Positions 8,837 to 19,591 of a stretch of 64,000 bases of DNA are shown in pieces. Within the stretch, counting starts at the first letter, position 1, and the number at the start of each line of letters is the position of its first letter. Both the position numbers and the translations under genes were made by a program. Under the pieces are notes generated by a model, which saw only the letters and a program-made list of their open reading frames with translations, was not told the origin of the DNA and ran no database searches. This stretch comes from Candidatus Yanofskybacteria bacterium. Lineage in GTDB: Bacteria > Patescibacteriota > Minisyncoccia > 2-02-FULL-40-12 > IGHO2-01-FULL-4-A. The stretch covers positions 39,773-103,772 of the forward strand of contig JACOZV010000003.1 of the NCBI GenBank assembly GCA_016181175.1. The letters run 5' to 3'.

Positions 8837-9580
8837 CTATTCGCTAATTGTGCCATTTTCCTCCGGCTCTAAGTTTATAGGACTTGCAGTGTCAATATCC
8901 GTAAATGAGTCGGTATATTGAGATACGACAACTTCTTGCTGTAATTTTTCCACAATAGACAAAAGGCGGTCAACAACTTTGTCGGTTTTGAGCATCTCTT
9001 CCTTGAACTCAAGACTAAAAAAAGTAGGAAAATTAACTAGTATGTGCCAAGGCAGAGAATAAATGATTTCTTTTTCCCTTCGTTGTACGTCGATTCCTGT
9101 TAACTGCCCGGCAATTAATTTACGAAGCTCCTGCTCTTCTTTGGGAATTTTCTCTTGCCATTTTTTCAAAAACAAACGTATAGACTCAACACACCCCCAT
9201 AAAATTGGCATTTGTGCGCCAGTCAATTCACCAATGGTAGAAATATCTTCCAGCTCTTTGATGCTTGCGATCAGCACCCCTTTATCACGCCAAATTTTAA
9301 TTGCTTCGGCCCTTGATTTTCCGCTTAAAAAATAAGCGTTATCCTTTTTTTCTAGTGAGCATACGGTTCCGACGAACCACAGTTTTGAGTCTAACTTACC
9401 CTCGGTTTCATTTTTTAACACTAGAAATCTTGCCTCGTCGAGTTGTTCTGGCAATTTAAAAGTTTTGATAAATCCAGTAACTTTCAAAAGTGTTGACGGA
9501 AAAATTATTGATTTTGACACGAATACTGGTAAAACAACGTCGTCACCCGCGCTCACAATTTGACCCGCAGATTTTGACAT
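8837..9580 (-). CDS. stand-alone Lon N-terminal (substrate-binding)-like domain protein
   Basis: LPVF...IIFP, VGTVC, LSGKSRA and KEEMLKTDKVVDRL resemble the Lon N domain; no AAA+ or protease part. Confidence 0.6.
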   Translation of the reverse strand: MSKSAGQIVSAGDDVVLPVFVSKSIIFPSTLLKVTGFIKTFKLPEQLDEARFLVLKNETEGKLDSKLWFVGTVCSLEKKDNAYFLSGKSRAEAIKIWRDKGVLIASIKELEDISTIGELTGAQMPILWGCVESIRLFLKKWQEKIPKEEQELRKLIAGQLTGIDVQRREKEIIYSLPWHILVNFPTFFSLEFKEEMLKTDKVVDRLLSIVEKLQQEVVVSQYTDSFTDIDTASPINLEPEENGTISE

Positions 9581-9645
9581 AGCTAACTCCGTATAAATTT
9601 AAGGTGCTCATTTAATGCTAACAGATTAAACGCTCATTTAAAACC

Positions 9646-10611
9646 CTAAACGGTTGCGGAGAATACAAACCTAAAAAGGCTGTTCTCAATGTCTGATACG
9701 CCCGATTTTACTTCAATGTCCATTTGCGCTAGTGAAGCAAATAATCGCCTAAGCTCGTCAAGGTCATAGCCGTGGCACTGTTCGTATGTTTTTTTAACAA
9801 CAAATGGATTAAGGCCTGTTTTTTTTATAATCATTGGAAAGGGCACCGCATTTTTCATTAAGCTTTTGACTCGAAGTAAATTTCTGAATTGGTAAACAAT
9901 CATGGAAAAAATGTAGTGTGGATCATCGCCATTTTCTATGTGATTGTGAAGTAACACCATGGCTTTCAGTTTATTTTTACCGGCCACAGCATCTACAATC
10001 TTAAAAATATTTAAATTTTCCTTGGAATAGACAAGCAGGTCAACGTCGGCAACGGTAATTTTTTTGTCATCAAAACCAATTCTGTAGTTGGTAAGTTTTG
10101 CAATTTCTTGGCCAAGACGCCAACAGTCGTTATCCGCATAAGAAATTAGTTTTTTAATTGCAGCGGGTTCAATCTCTATTGATGCCAATCTGAGTTCTTT
10201 TGTAATCCAGGTTTCCAGTTTTTTTCCTTCTAAAAATTCAAAAGATTTAACAACATTCGGCTCCGCCGTTAATATGGCAAAAAAACTTTTATTTTTCCTT
10301 GCCAACTCCGCTCCATCTATTTCTTCAACAAAAATAAGAATCCTCTGCTTGTCACCTATTAAACTCCAGGTTTCTATAAGTTTACCGATTGTGTCGGACT
10401 CATTAAAAGATTTCTTCAACACAATCAGCCGTTTCTCATCAAAAAAAGAAACCGTTTTTACGATATCTTCCAACAGGGCCATCTGACCCGTTTCGTCAAA
10501 GTCTAAGACCGAGTAACCCAAACCACTATATTTTTTTTTATATTCATCAATAATCTTTTCCAAATTTTGTTTAAGCCGATACCCATCCCGGCCGTATAAA
10601 AAGATAATCAC
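9646..10611 (-). CDS. holA: DNA polymerase III subunit delta
   Basis: IIFLYGRD start, SFFDEKRLIV, EIAKL, IFKIVDA, DIEVKSG. Confidence 0.92.
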   Translation of the reverse strand: MIIFLYGRDGYRLKQNLEKIIDEYKKKYSGLGYSVLDFDETGQMALLEDIVKTVSFFDEKRLIVLKKSFNESDTIGKLIETWSLIGDKQRILIFVEEIDGAELARKNKSFFAILTAEPNVVKSFEFLEGKKLETWITKELRLASIEIEPAAIKKLISYADNDCWRLGQEIAKLTNYRIGFDDKKITVADVDLLVYSKENLNIFKIVDAVAGKNKLKAMVLLHNHIENGDDPHYIFSMIVYQFRNLLRVKSLMKNAVPFPMIIKKTGLNPFVVKKTYEQCHGYDLDELRRLFASLAQMDIEVKSGVSDIENSLFRFVFSATV

Positions 10612-10616
10612 GTAAT

Positions 10617-11603
10617 TTAGTTTGTGGTTATTTCTATCCAAACACTTCCCGGAACAAAAGGTATCTCTTTGTGGTTTTGATCATAAAAATATAGTTTGCT
10701 TTTGTCGATTTTCTTTTCCCAGGTACCAGAAACTACTTGGCCGTTTTTATAAAGCAATAAACCACCTGAACCAATAGTTTTAACCCGAATGTAATCTTTA
10801 CTGATCGGTGACCATGAAGTTTTCATAATAACAACATTTTTAGTTTCTACTTGTTTGTTGGTATTTTTATCTACTTCCGGCTTATCAGCACGAAAACGTA
10901 AATACGAATTTGTTTCCTTATTGTAACGCCATGCGACATCAAATCCATGATTAAAAACTGGCTCTGGTTGGACTTCGGCCTTGCTTTTATCATCTTCATC
11001 GTGGGGATACTTAACTTGATCGCCATCCAATTTGTAACCCAGTTTTGAAGAAATCTCGATCAAAAGATCAAAATTGGTAAAAGCATTATGCGGCATGGGG
11101 ATAGATTTCTTACGGTAATAAATTGTACCGTCGTACTTGAGACCGTCAATGTTATCTATAATCCCACTGTTTAATTCTTCGAGTGCTTGACGCTCTCCAC
11201 CGAAATGAGCATAAATTGCATTAAGACCGAGTGCTAGTGGCACAAAATCAAGCCGAGATGAACGAACAGAACCAAGTTCCTTGGGACGATTACACTGGTA
11301 AATTGCCATCATGCGCGTAAAACCATTCTCAACTACCGGCATCTCAAATACCATATCCGCCTCCCCCACCCCGGACAACGACCTCGCTTCTTTGTCTGAT
11401 GACAACATCACCGCATATGGCCGCGCATCATAATTAATGCATTGAATGCCGGCAATAAAGCTCGTGCCAAGTTTTTGACTTTTTACACTGCCACTATTGA
11501 AAATCTCAATATTTTTGTGGCCAAGTCTTACGAACCACAAAACCAGCAATAACGTTATTACCAAAATGGATATGATTATTTTTTTGTTTTTGTGCAATTT
11601 CAT
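10617..11603 (-). CDS. DUF3048-type exported protein
   Basis: RPYAVM, ADMVFEMPVVENGFTR, GSVRSSR and PHNAF motifs; N-terminal TM. Confidence 0.8.
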   Translation of the reverse strand: MKLHKNKKIIISILVITLLLVLWFVRLGHKNIEIFNSGSVKSQKLGTSFIAGIQCINYDARPYAVMLSSDKEARSLSGVGEADMVFEMPVVENGFTRMMAIYQCNRPKELGSVRSSRLDFVPLALGLNAIYAHFGGERQALEELNSGIIDNIDGLKYDGTIYYRKKSIPMPHNAFTNFDLLIEISSKLGYKLDGDQVKYPHDEDDKSKAEVQPEPVFNHGFDVAWRYNKETNSYLRFRADKPEVDKNTNKQVETKNVVIMKTSWSPISKDYIRVKTIGSGGLLLYKNGQVVSGTWEKKIDKSKLYFYDQNHKEIPFVPGSVWIEITTN

Positions 11604-12475
11604 TTTTGATGCACCGAACAGAAATGAGCGGAGCGGCCACCCACAACAAGACGTTTGATGGTGCCGCCATCATGCTTCTGGCATTTTTCACCGGTCAACT
11701 GATAGGCTTTCTGCATATTTTGGTAATTGCCGAATTTTCCTTCAAGCGTGCGATAATCTTGCTGGCTATTACCCTTGGCGCCTATGGCTTTTTTCAAAAT
11801 AAATTTAATATATTTGTAAATCTCGGCAAGTTCTTTATCGGTTAATTTTTCTACCCGGCGCAGTGGCATAACGCCAGCGTACCAAAGTATTTCGTCAGAA
11901 TAAATATTGCCGATACCAGCAATCACAAACGGGTCCATCAGAACTTTTTTGACCACTCCCCTCTTGCGGCGCATGAGCTCTTTGAATTTTGCCAACGTAA
12001 ATTTCAAGTCCAGGGGTTCCGGTCCAAGACGGCCAATCTCGTTTATGTTTTCAACCTTGTCGGTATCACCTAAAAAAACCTTACCAAAACGCCGGACATC
12101 AGAAAGCCCCAGCATGTAACCGTTGCTTAAATATAAAATAAATCTGATAAAACGGTTAAAAGGATCAGACTTAATCGGCCCCGCCATTGCCGGCTTAACT
12201 TTCTTGCCGTCAACTTCCCACTTTCCATACAAGAGGTGACCGGAAATTTTTTGATGAATTATAAGCGTTTTACCACCAGACAGATCCAACATTATATATT
12301 TTGCCCGCCGATGAGCACGTAAAATTTTACGGCCATTTATTTCGCGTTTAAATTTATCAAGCGAGTGCGTCTTAATAGTTTTCGCCCAGTCGGTCCAGGC
12401 ACCCTTAATTTTAAGTCCAACCACTTTGTGATTAAGCCCGCGAACAATAGTTTCTACCTCCGGTAGCTCTGGCAT
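11600..12475 (-). CDS. mutM: formamidopyrimidine-DNA glycosylase
   Basis: MPELPEVE N-terminus, GIGNIYSDE, C-terminal zinc finger. Confidence 0.97.
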   Translation of the reverse strand: MPELPEVETIVRGLNHKVVGLKIKGAWTDWAKTIKTHSLDKFKREINGRKILRAHRRAKYIMLDLSGGKTLIIHQKISGHLLYGKWEVDGKKVKPAMAGPIKSDPFNRFIRFILYLSNGYMLGLSDVRRFGKVFLGDTDKVENINEIGRLGPEPLDLKFTLAKFKELMRRKRGVVKKVLMDPFVIAGIGNIYSDEILWYAGVMPLRRVEKLTDKELAEIYKYIKFILKKAIGAKGNSQQDYRTLEGKFGNYQNMQKAYQLTGEKCQKHDGGTIKRLVVGGRSAHFCSVHQK

Positions 12476-12523
12476 AGGAGTATTTTAAATAAAAATGTGC
12501 GATTTGTCCATTTAAAAACCGGC

Positions 12524-13030
12524 TTATTGGGCCGGCAACGTTTTTTCAGATAGGGCAACAATTCTTTCGGAACTTTCGGTTAAGCCAAAATGAAGCAAAC
12601 CGTCTCTGACAACATTTTTATCTTTTAAAAGTTCCACCGCGAATCTATCCGCAACAAGCTCATCACTTGTTGCTTTTATTATATGACCCAGCTCGTGAGC
12701 TACGGCCACTTTTAAATACCTTGATTTCACTGCTTTGGGCGTTAGAAAAACTCTATTTCTTCTCACGCCATGAAAATCCGACATAGTAAAAGCATTACCA
12801 TTGGGGGTCCTTGGTAAATCATAAAAACCATAATAAACTGCGAACGATGTATCCTTGCGTTTTACAATCGGACTGGCCATTACTTCCTGGCAAACTACAA
12901 AAGCATGTCGGTCTATAATCGCTAAAGGCAAAGAGGAAATTTCCGGGTAAATAAATGAGACAAATATGTAAAAATTTATAAAAATAAATAAAAAAACAAC
13001 AGCGAAAAGAATCCAGAATAATTTGCGCAT
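12524..13030 (-). CDS. putative membrane-anchored HExxH metallopeptidase
   Basis: N-terminal TM; AHELGH followed by ELVADRFA. Confidence 0.65.
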   Translation of the reverse strand: MRKLFWILFAVVFLFIFINFYIFVSFIYPEISSLPLAIIDRHAFVVCQEVMASPIVKRKDTSFAVYYGFYDLPRTPNGNAFTMSDFHGVRRNRVFLTPKAVKSRYLKVAVAHELGHIIKATSDELVADRFAVELLKDKNVVRDGLLHFGLTESSERIVALSEKTLPAQ

Positions 13031-13059
13031 TTGACTCCAATTCTCCTATTTTAAAATAA

Positions 13060-15606
13060 CTACGGTTTATTCATTTCCTGCCAATTCTGGCCACACTTTA
13101 CATCTACTATTAACGGTACGTCAAGGTGGTGGACCGATTCCATAATATGTTTAAATTCGGGAAAAAGTTTTTTAGTTAAGTCGGACTTGACCTCAAACAC
13201 AAGTTCATCGTGAACCTGAAGCAACAGCCTTGCCTGACTGTCATCCAAATTTTTATGTATAAAGTTAGAAATATTTATCATGGCCATTTTCATCAAGTCA
13301 GCCGCGGTTCCTTGCACCGGATGATTTATTGCCGCACGTTCTGCCTGGGACTGCATCTGGGGCATGGTTGAGTGAATGTCAGGAAGCTGACGACGACGGC
13401 CGAATATAGTCTCGACATAACCATCGCGGTGAGCCTTGGCTTTCATTTCTTCCATATATCTAGCAACACCGGAAAAATCGGCAAAATATTTGGTTATAAA
13501 CTCGCGGGCGCGCAAAGTACTGACTCCCGCAGCACGCGCGAAACCAAGCGGCCCCATGCCGTAAATTATTCCAAAATTTAATGTTTTTGCCTGTCGGCGC
13601 ATTTCTTTAGTTACCTGATCTGGTTTTACTTCAAAGATTTCCGCGGCCGTCGCGACGTGAATATCCTCACCACGACGAAAAACATCTATCATTTTTTGGT
13701 CTTTAGCAATATGGGCGACGATACGAAGTTCGAGCTGTGAATAGTCAAGCGAAATCAACTGATAACCATCTTGTGCAATAAATGCCTTGCGGAACTCCCG
13801 CCCCAGCTCGGTTTTAACGGGAATATTTTGAAGATTTGGGTTTTCAGAAGATAAGCGGCCGGTACCGGTACCGGTTTGATTATAAGTTGTGTGCAGTCGG
13901 CCATCTTTCGAATCAATTAGTTGCGGGAAAGGCTCGATATATGTTGTCTTTAATTTTTGGAGTTCTCTATATTGTAAAATCAAATCAATAATCTGGTGTT
14001 CACCGCGAATTTTCTCAAGCTCCGGAGCGGCTGTAGAAAGCGCCCCCTTACCGGTCTTACGCACCCTACCCTTTATGCCAAGCTTGGAAAATAAAATTTC
14101 GCCAAGCTGTTGCGGCGAGTTAATATTGAATTCTCCACCGGCCAATTTATATATTTTTTTCTCCAGTTGTGCCTGCACACCGGTTGCCGACTTGAGCAGT
14201 CTTGCGATGTTTTTTACATCTATCTTAATGCCCCACAATTCCATTTCAGCTAAAACAGGAATCAAGGGCATCTCAATGTCTTCAAAAACTTTAACCAAAT
14301 TAGCCGATTTTAATTTTTCCCAAAGCTGTTTTTTAAGTTTCCAAATAAGAGCCGGCTTTTGTGACACACTTTCACCTGGCATTTCATTAAATTCAGCGTA
14401 GTAAATCTTAGTAAAATCATAGTCTTTGGTATCGGGATTTAACAAATAGGCGGCGATCTCCGTATCAAAAACTCGATTTTTAATATGTTTGCCCTGCCCA
14501 ATGGCAAACTTAAAAAATCCCTTAAGATCGTGGCCAGTAAGAGTTGCTTCATTACTGGCAAATACTTTTTTAATTGTATTTCCGTCGTTAGAGTCAATGA
14601 CATATATATTGTTTTTGTCTGGGTCAAATTCTAATTTTGCGACATCTGATGCTCGCAAGACATCCAATGCTGTAATATTTTGTTCGGGCTCAAGATTAAC
14701 CTCCGGCAATCTTTTCAATAAACTTGAGAAACCCAAATCCCTGAAAGTTTTTTCAATTTTTTGCAAATCTAAATTCTTTCGCCAATCAGCTTTTTCAAAT
14801 GAAAAATCAACATCTAGGTCTGTTACCATTGTTGCAAGTTGTTTGGAAAAAAATGCCTGATCTTTATTGCTAAGCAATTTTTCTGTGAGTTTTTCGCTAA
14901 TTTCTGATTTTTCGGTTTCTGCTTTTTGGACTTTAGATTTTGGACTTTCAAGAAACTGATAAAGAGACCCCAAGTTGCCAAATCTTTTTGTCAGTTCCGA
15001 AGCAGTCTTCTCCCCCACTCCGGGTACCCCCGGTATATTGTCCGACGGATCACCCTTCAGGCCTTTGTAATCGTTAAGCTGATCCGGACGCAAACCGTAA
15101 CGCGCCGCGACTGCTTCTTCATCATAAACCACCGTGTCACTCACGCCCTTGCGCAAAGTAAAAACAACTACCTTTTTGTTATCCACCAGCTGAAGGGCGT
15201 CCAAATCACCGGTAGCTATAATGACTTGTAGGTCTTTTTCCACTTTTGCTTTAAAAACAAGCGAACCTATAAGATCATCGGCCTCATAACCCTCTTTTTC
15301 ATAAATCGGTATGCCAAAAGCTGATACCACTTCTTTAACCAAAGGAATCTGATTGTATAATTCCTGCGGAGCTTTTTCACGGTGTATTTTGTATTCTGCG
15401 AATTTTTCATGGCGAAAAGTCGGTCCTTTTAAGTCAAAAGTTGCCGCTATATAATCCGGCTTGATATCTTTAATTGTTTTTAAAAGTATGGAAGTAAAAC
15501 CAAAAACAGCATTGGTTACAATGCCCGTTGGCGAAGTCAGGGGCGGCAAAGCGTGGAAGGCGCGATGTACCAGCGCATTACCGTCAATTAGAATCAATTT
15601 TTTCAT
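13060..15606 (-). CDS. polA: DNA polymerase I
   Basis: LIDGNALVHRAFHA 5' nuclease; DYSQLELR, KTLNFGIIYG, LQVHDEL; shortened 3'-5' exonuclease region. Confidence 0.98.
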   Translation of the reverse strand: MKKLILIDGNALVHRAFHALPPLTSPTGIVTNAVFGFTSILLKTIKDIKPDYIAATFDLKGPTFRHEKFAEYKIHREKAPQELYNQIPLVKEVVSAFGIPIYEKEGYEADDLIGSLVFKAKVEKDLQVIIATGDLDALQLVDNKKVVVFTLRKGVSDTVVYDEEAVAARYGLRPDQLNDYKGLKGDPSDNIPGVPGVGEKTASELTKRFGNLGSLYQFLESPKSKVQKAETEKSEISEKLTEKLLSNKDQAFFSKQLATMVTDLDVDFSFEKADWRKNLDLQKIEKTFRDLGFSSLLKRLPEVNLEPEQNITALDVLRASDVAKLEFDPDKNNIYVIDSNDGNTIKKVFASNEATLTGHDLKGFFKFAIGQGKHIKNRVFDTEIAAYLLNPDTKDYDFTKIYYAEFNEMPGESVSQKPALIWKLKKQLWEKLKSANLVKVFEDIEMPLIPVLAEMELWGIKIDVKNIARLLKSATGVQAQLEKKIYKLAGGEFNINSPQQLGEILFSKLGIKGRVRKTGKGALSTAAPELEKIRGEHQIIDLILQYRELQKLKTTYIEPFPQLIDSKDGRLHTTYNQTGTGTGRLSSENPNLQNIPVKTELGREFRKAFIAQDGYQLISLDYSQLELRIVAHIAKDQKMIDVFRRGEDIHVATAAEIFEVKPDQVTKEMRRQAKTLNFGIIYGMGPLGFARAAGVSTLRAREFITKYFADFSGVARYMEEMKAKAHRDGYVETIFGRRRQLPDIHSTMPQMQSQAERAAINHPVQGTAADLMKMAMINISNFIHKNLDDSQARLLLQVHDELVFEVKSDLTKKLFPEFKHIMESVHHLDVPLIVDVKCGQNWQEMNKP

Positions 15607-16052
15607 TGGAAATTTGAAATAGTAATTTTTCTTACGGTTTGGTTGATATGATCAATGTGAATTTTGATATATTTCTTGGGCAGTATCTTTTTAACCCGGT
15701 CAGACCATTCAATTAAAACGATATTTTTTGAATCGGATATAATTTCTTTTATACCAAGCGTTATAAAATCTTGATAATTTTTTAGTCTATATGCGTCTAT
15801 GTGAACCAACAATCTGTAACCTGCGACCGATAATCTATAATTACGAAGTATTACAAATGTCGGACTGGTTACTTGGGATTTAATGCCAAATGCCCCGACA
15901 AAACCTTTTACAAAAGTGGTTTTCCCAGCGCCAAGCTCACCCTCTAAAGCAACAACTTGCGCATGTTTTGACTGGCCGTTTTTTTTTATTTTTTTACCCA
16001 GTTCAAAAGCAATTTTTTGTGTCTGCCGCGGACTTTTGGATTTTAATACCAT
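15603..16052 (-). CDS. tsaE: tRNA threonylcarbamoyladenosine biosynthesis ATPase TsaE
   Basis: GELGAGKTTF, SPTF, HIDAYRL, IEW. Confidence 0.95.
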   Translation of the reverse strand: MVLKSKSPRQTQKIAFELGKKIKKNGQSKHAQVVALEGELGAGKTTFVKGFVGAFGIKSQVTSPTFVILRNYRLSVAGYRLLVHIDAYRLKNYQDFITLGIKEIISDSKNIVLIEWSDRVKKILPKKYIKIHIDHINQTVRKITISNFQ

Positions 16053-16144
16053 TATGTAAAGAATAGCTTTTTTAGTGCTTTTTTTCAATAAAAAATGCCC
16101 CACGCGATGCAGGGCATGACATGGGCCATTGCGGCCCAAACAAG

Positions 16145-16765
16145 TTACGGGAGTTGATTCCAGACTCGGCATCGCCGATATCTGGTAGGTTCCCGCGCCC
16201 AGTTGGCACAGGGATCGATTGAACGTTGCTCCCCAGACTCAGCTGCCGGCGTTAAAACCTTATCCGACTGTTTTAGATTCTCGGCAATTTTGCCAAGGCC
16301 CCTTTCAATCGGAGTCAGATCCACTGCTGCGGTAGTTGCCGACATAGCGGCAGATGCAGATGTAGTAGAAGCAGCATTTGTTTTAACTGCTCCAAGTCTA
16401 TCCGCCGCTGACTTGAGGTTTGCAGTAGCTTCTTTAAGTCCCGGTATTTCCACCGTAACTTTGGAGGCTACCGGCTGGGTTACTGCCGGTTGCGACGGAG
16501 TGGCGTTGTTTGTGGCCGCCGGTGCGATTGATTGCGACGGAACAGCAACGGCTACTGCTGGAATTGCTGACATGGGTGCCATCTCGGCCTCTGGTGTCGT
16601 CCAGCGACCAACCATGAACCCCATATATAGCAACCAGAACAAGAAAGCCACTCCACCGATTCTCAACGCCCACAAAAGAAAACGATTCCAATTGTGATCG
16701 ATGAGATCTTCATCTCGATTCACTGTAGTATTCAATCTTTGAGTTGTTGTTAGGCGGGCCATCAC
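16145..16765 (-). CDS. hypothetical single-TM protein with Ala/Pro/Thr-rich region
   Basis: 206 aa ORF, TM at about aa 29-52, strong SD (AAGGAGG) upstream, overlaps the previous stop. Confidence 0.7.
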   Translation of the reverse strand: MMARLTTTQRLNTTVNRDEDLIDHNWNRFLLWALRIGGVAFLFWLLYMGFMVGRWTTPEAEMAPMSAIPAVAVAVPSQSIAPAATNNATPSQPAVTQPVASKVTVEIPGLKEATANLKSAADRLGAVKTNAASTTSASAAMSATTAAVDLTPIERGLGKIAENLKQSDKVLTPAAESGEQRSIDPCANWAREPTRYRRCRVWNQLP

Positions 16766-17397
16766 CTTCCTCCTTGAGCCGCTTCGGCCGGCTCTTCAAA
16801 CGCCCAACCATTCGTGGTCGGGATTGGATACAAACGGTCGGATGAAAGCCCGCCGTTGTAATTGGGAATCAGGGTATAGCCATAATAAGACTCGCCCGGT
16901 TTCGGCGCTTGGACTGCCCAAGTGTCGCCGGAACCCAACCGACCGAGAAACTTGTCCTTACCCTTTTGATTCCGGAAGTAAATATCCGCCGGATATCTCA
17001 TAAGGTTGGAAAGTTCAAAGTCTCCTCGGCCGCCACCAGCTGATGGGCCGGCAGCTGCTGAACCGCCTCGAGTCACAAGCATAGACGCTCCGAATCCAGC
17101 GCCGCCACCAATGATAGCGCCCCGACGGCCGCCCAAGGTACCACCCATGACAGCGCCAGCGATGATGCTACCGATAACAGTAGTTCGACGACTAACGCCG
17201 CCGATACCTACGCCGCCTCCATAGTAACCACCAGAGCCAGCTGCCCCAAGAATGCGGTCAATGGGCGCATAGGCTTGTCGAGCGATACGCTCAGCGCAAG
17301 GCCCGGGAATCAGTTCACAGGTCGTACCCTGGAACTGGGCATTTGCCAGCGACACAAGCGCCACCAGCATGAACAGAGCAAACATTATTCGCTTCAT
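16762..17397 (-). CDS. secreted glycine-zipper protein
   Basis: signal peptide MKRIMFALF...ANA; GAVMGGTLGGRRGAIIGGGAG glycine zipper; SD AAGGAG. Confidence 0.75.
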   Translation of the reverse strand: MKRIMFALFMLVALVSLANAQFQGTTCELIPGPCAERIARQAYAPIDRILGAAGSGGYYGGGVGIGGVSRRTTVIGSIIAGAVMGGTLGGRRGAIIGGGAGFGASMLVTRGGSAAAGPSAGGGRGDFELSNLMRYPADIYFRNQKGKDKFLGRLGSGDTWAVQAPKPGESYYGYTLIPNYNGGLSSDRLYPIPTTNGWAFEEPAEAAQGGR

Positions 17398-17602
17398 TTC
17401 AATCTCCTTTTCTGGCCTGTTTCCAGGCCTTTCATTTTGCAAAATGGATGAGAATGTCCCATGCCACCTCAAATAACTTGCTCGCACTGAGCGAGCAAAA
17501 CGAATCGAAGTGTTAAAGAACAAACCTCATCTTGACTGACTTAATTATATCAAAAATAGACAATAAAGTCAACACAATAAAAAGCTAATAAAATAAGGGG
17601 TT

Positions 17603-18439
17603 TTAGCCCCTAATTTCTTTAAGTACCTCTAGGTCAAGCATTCTTTTTGAATCCTCGGTTTCCAATAGCCAGTCAATTTTCATAAACTCCGGCGTTTTCA
17701 AAATATTTGCTATTCCGATTTTGCCCACAAACCCGTCTCCGATATGCTCGTGCCGATCTCGCTTTCCGCCCAGATCTACTTTTGAGTCGTTCACGTGCGC
17801 CAGTTTCAGGTATTCAAGTCCAATTTTTTTATCAAATTCCTTAAGCATTTGCTGGACGGTTTCGGGAGTACGAAAATCATAACCCGAAGCAAAAGCATGA
17901 CAGGTGTCAAAACACACTCCACTTAAACCATTTATATTCTTTACGCTGTTTAAAATATTTCCGATTTCTTCAAATTTATCTCCGATTATATTGCCGGTCC
18001 CAGCGGCAATTTCAAGCAGTAATTGCGTAGAACCGAGATAACCATCCAAAATCTGGCCAACCGAGTCTGTCACTTTCTCTAACCCTTCTTCAACGCTCTG
18101 ACCCGTATGCGAACCGAGGTGTGTCATGACATAACGCGCGCCAAGCGCACTCCCCCGTTCCAACTCTTCCCTCACAACCCTGATTGATCCATGCCTAATG
18201 CGCAGATCAAGAGAGGCAAAGTTGATATAGTAAGGCGTGTGTATGTAAAATGTCTCAAACCCAAAGTTTGTCATTTGCGATTGGAAACTGGCAACTAGTG
18301 ATGGTGTAAGTTCCGGTGCCGGTCCGCCCTGCGGCGACCTGGTAAAACACTGGAATGTTTCACAACCCAAGTCCTTAGCACGATTAGGCGCCAAATGTAT
18401 TCCGCCAGATATTGAAATGTGTACTCCAATTTTTGCCAT
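17603..18439 (-). CDS. nfo: endonuclease IV
   Basis: GVHISISGG, HTPYYIN, CFDTCHAFASGYD, HVNDSK, DRHEHIG. Confidence 0.96.
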   Translation of the reverse strand: MAKIGVHISISGGIHLAPNRAKDLGCETFQCFTRSPQGGPAPELTPSLVASFQSQMTNFGFETFYIHTPYYINFASLDLRIRHGSIRVVREELERGSALGARYVMTHLGSHTGQSVEEGLEKVTDSVGQILDGYLGSTQLLLEIAAGTGNIIGDKFEEIGNILNSVKNINGLSGVCFDTCHAFASGYDFRTPETVQQMLKEFDKKIGLEYLKLAHVNDSKVDLGGKRDRHEHIGDGFVGKIGIANILKTPEFMKIDWLLETEDSKRMLDLEVLKEIRG

Positions 18440-18488
18440 TATCTAATAATAGTAATTTCTAGAGCAAAATAAAACCCCGAAATGGGGT

Positions 18489-19511
18489 TTAATGGCTCTT
18501 TGTTACCAGATATCCTTCTCTGTGTAAAAGTTTGGCGGGTAACGGCTGCCACTTGCCATCTGAACTGACATTGCCTACGCGTACCCTGATTTTAACCTCA
18601 TCGCCGTCTTTATAATCTGGGCTTAATTCATAACTAAGATGGTATTGATTGCGAAGATCCTGCAACACTTGCCTGGCAATTTCCGGCAATTTGTTCTGCT
18701 CGGGCAGATCAAAAAACCTTCCACCAGTTAGTTGAGAAATCTGTTTAAGGTTGTTTTCATAACTATCAAGGAGAAAAGAATCAATATCGTGCTTGGCCGT
18801 ACCAATCGTGTAAATAGGCAGGTCAACTGCTTGAGCACGATAAGTAGATTCTTTCAAATCAGCAAGCGCCACGTTGTCCTGGCCATCTGCCACGATAATC
18901 AGAAAATTGGCAAAATTACCGCGGGCTTCTTTTTTGAATTTTTCTGCAGCGAATCTTACACTGCCGAAAAGTGGACTGGTACCAGCGGCTTTTTTTGTCT
19001 TTCTGACTATGGCTCTTACCAGAGCGCTGCTATCGTCAGACCAATCCTGTTTTAATGTAAATGCTCCTTGGCTCGGATTTAAGTCAAGCGATTCATAGTA
19101 AAATTCGGCAACAAAAAATTTGTCGCCGCGTTTTTTGTCGCCTACCGCTTTTATAATCCACTTTACCAGTTCTGAAGCCACATCCAGCTGATAACGGAAT
19201 TGCCTGGCTGTTGAACCGCTGGTATCTATGATTATGCCACCACGAAGCGGCAATTGTTCTGGCTGATCAAGCTTTATATTTCTTTCACGAAAGTTCTGCC
19301 CGCCAGCCAAACTCTCTTCTAACTTGAAATTCTGTTTCTCAAGCTGGGGTAATGGTTTACCGCCAGCGCTTAAGGCCACAACGGTTACATTAACCATATC
19401 TACTTCGGCGCTAAAAATCGGTTTATCGTAAGCCGGTTCGGCCGTTACTTGTGCCTTTGCCAACCAGGGCAAAATTGACACAAAAGTCAGAATAAAAATA
19501 AACACTTTCAT
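18489..19511 (-). CDS. secreted VWA domain protein
   Basis: signal peptide; MIDAS-like DTSGS, T and DG; TGGRFF; LRNQYHLSY. Confidence 0.88.
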   Translation of the reverse strand: MKVFIFILTFVSILPWLAKAQVTAEPAYDKPIFSAEVDMVNVTVVALSAGGKPLPQLEKQNFKLEESLAGGQNFRERNIKLDQPEQLPLRGGIIIDTSGSTARQFRYQLDVASELVKWIIKAVGDKKRGDKFFVAEFYYESLDLNPSQGAFTLKQDWSDDSSALVRAIVRKTKKAAGTSPLFGSVRFAAEKFKKEARGNFANFLIIVADGQDNVALADLKESTYRAQAVDLPIYTIGTAKHDIDSFLLDSYENNLKQISQLTGGRFFDLPEQNKLPEIARQVLQDLRNQYHLSYELSPDYKDGDEVKIRVRVGNVSSDGKWQPLPAKLLHREGYLVTKSH

Positions 19512-19591
19512 TCTTTGCCTCTAATCTTTTTAACGAACATATGGCTTTTGTTCTATCACATTTTATAAAAAAAATAAACCCCCGAGGGGGT

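Noticed and set aside
13372-15231. Antisense ORFs over polA, and similar ones over pnp, ftsA, ftsZ and ileS
   Set aside because: These are shadow frames of well-supported genes with no motifs or initiation signals.
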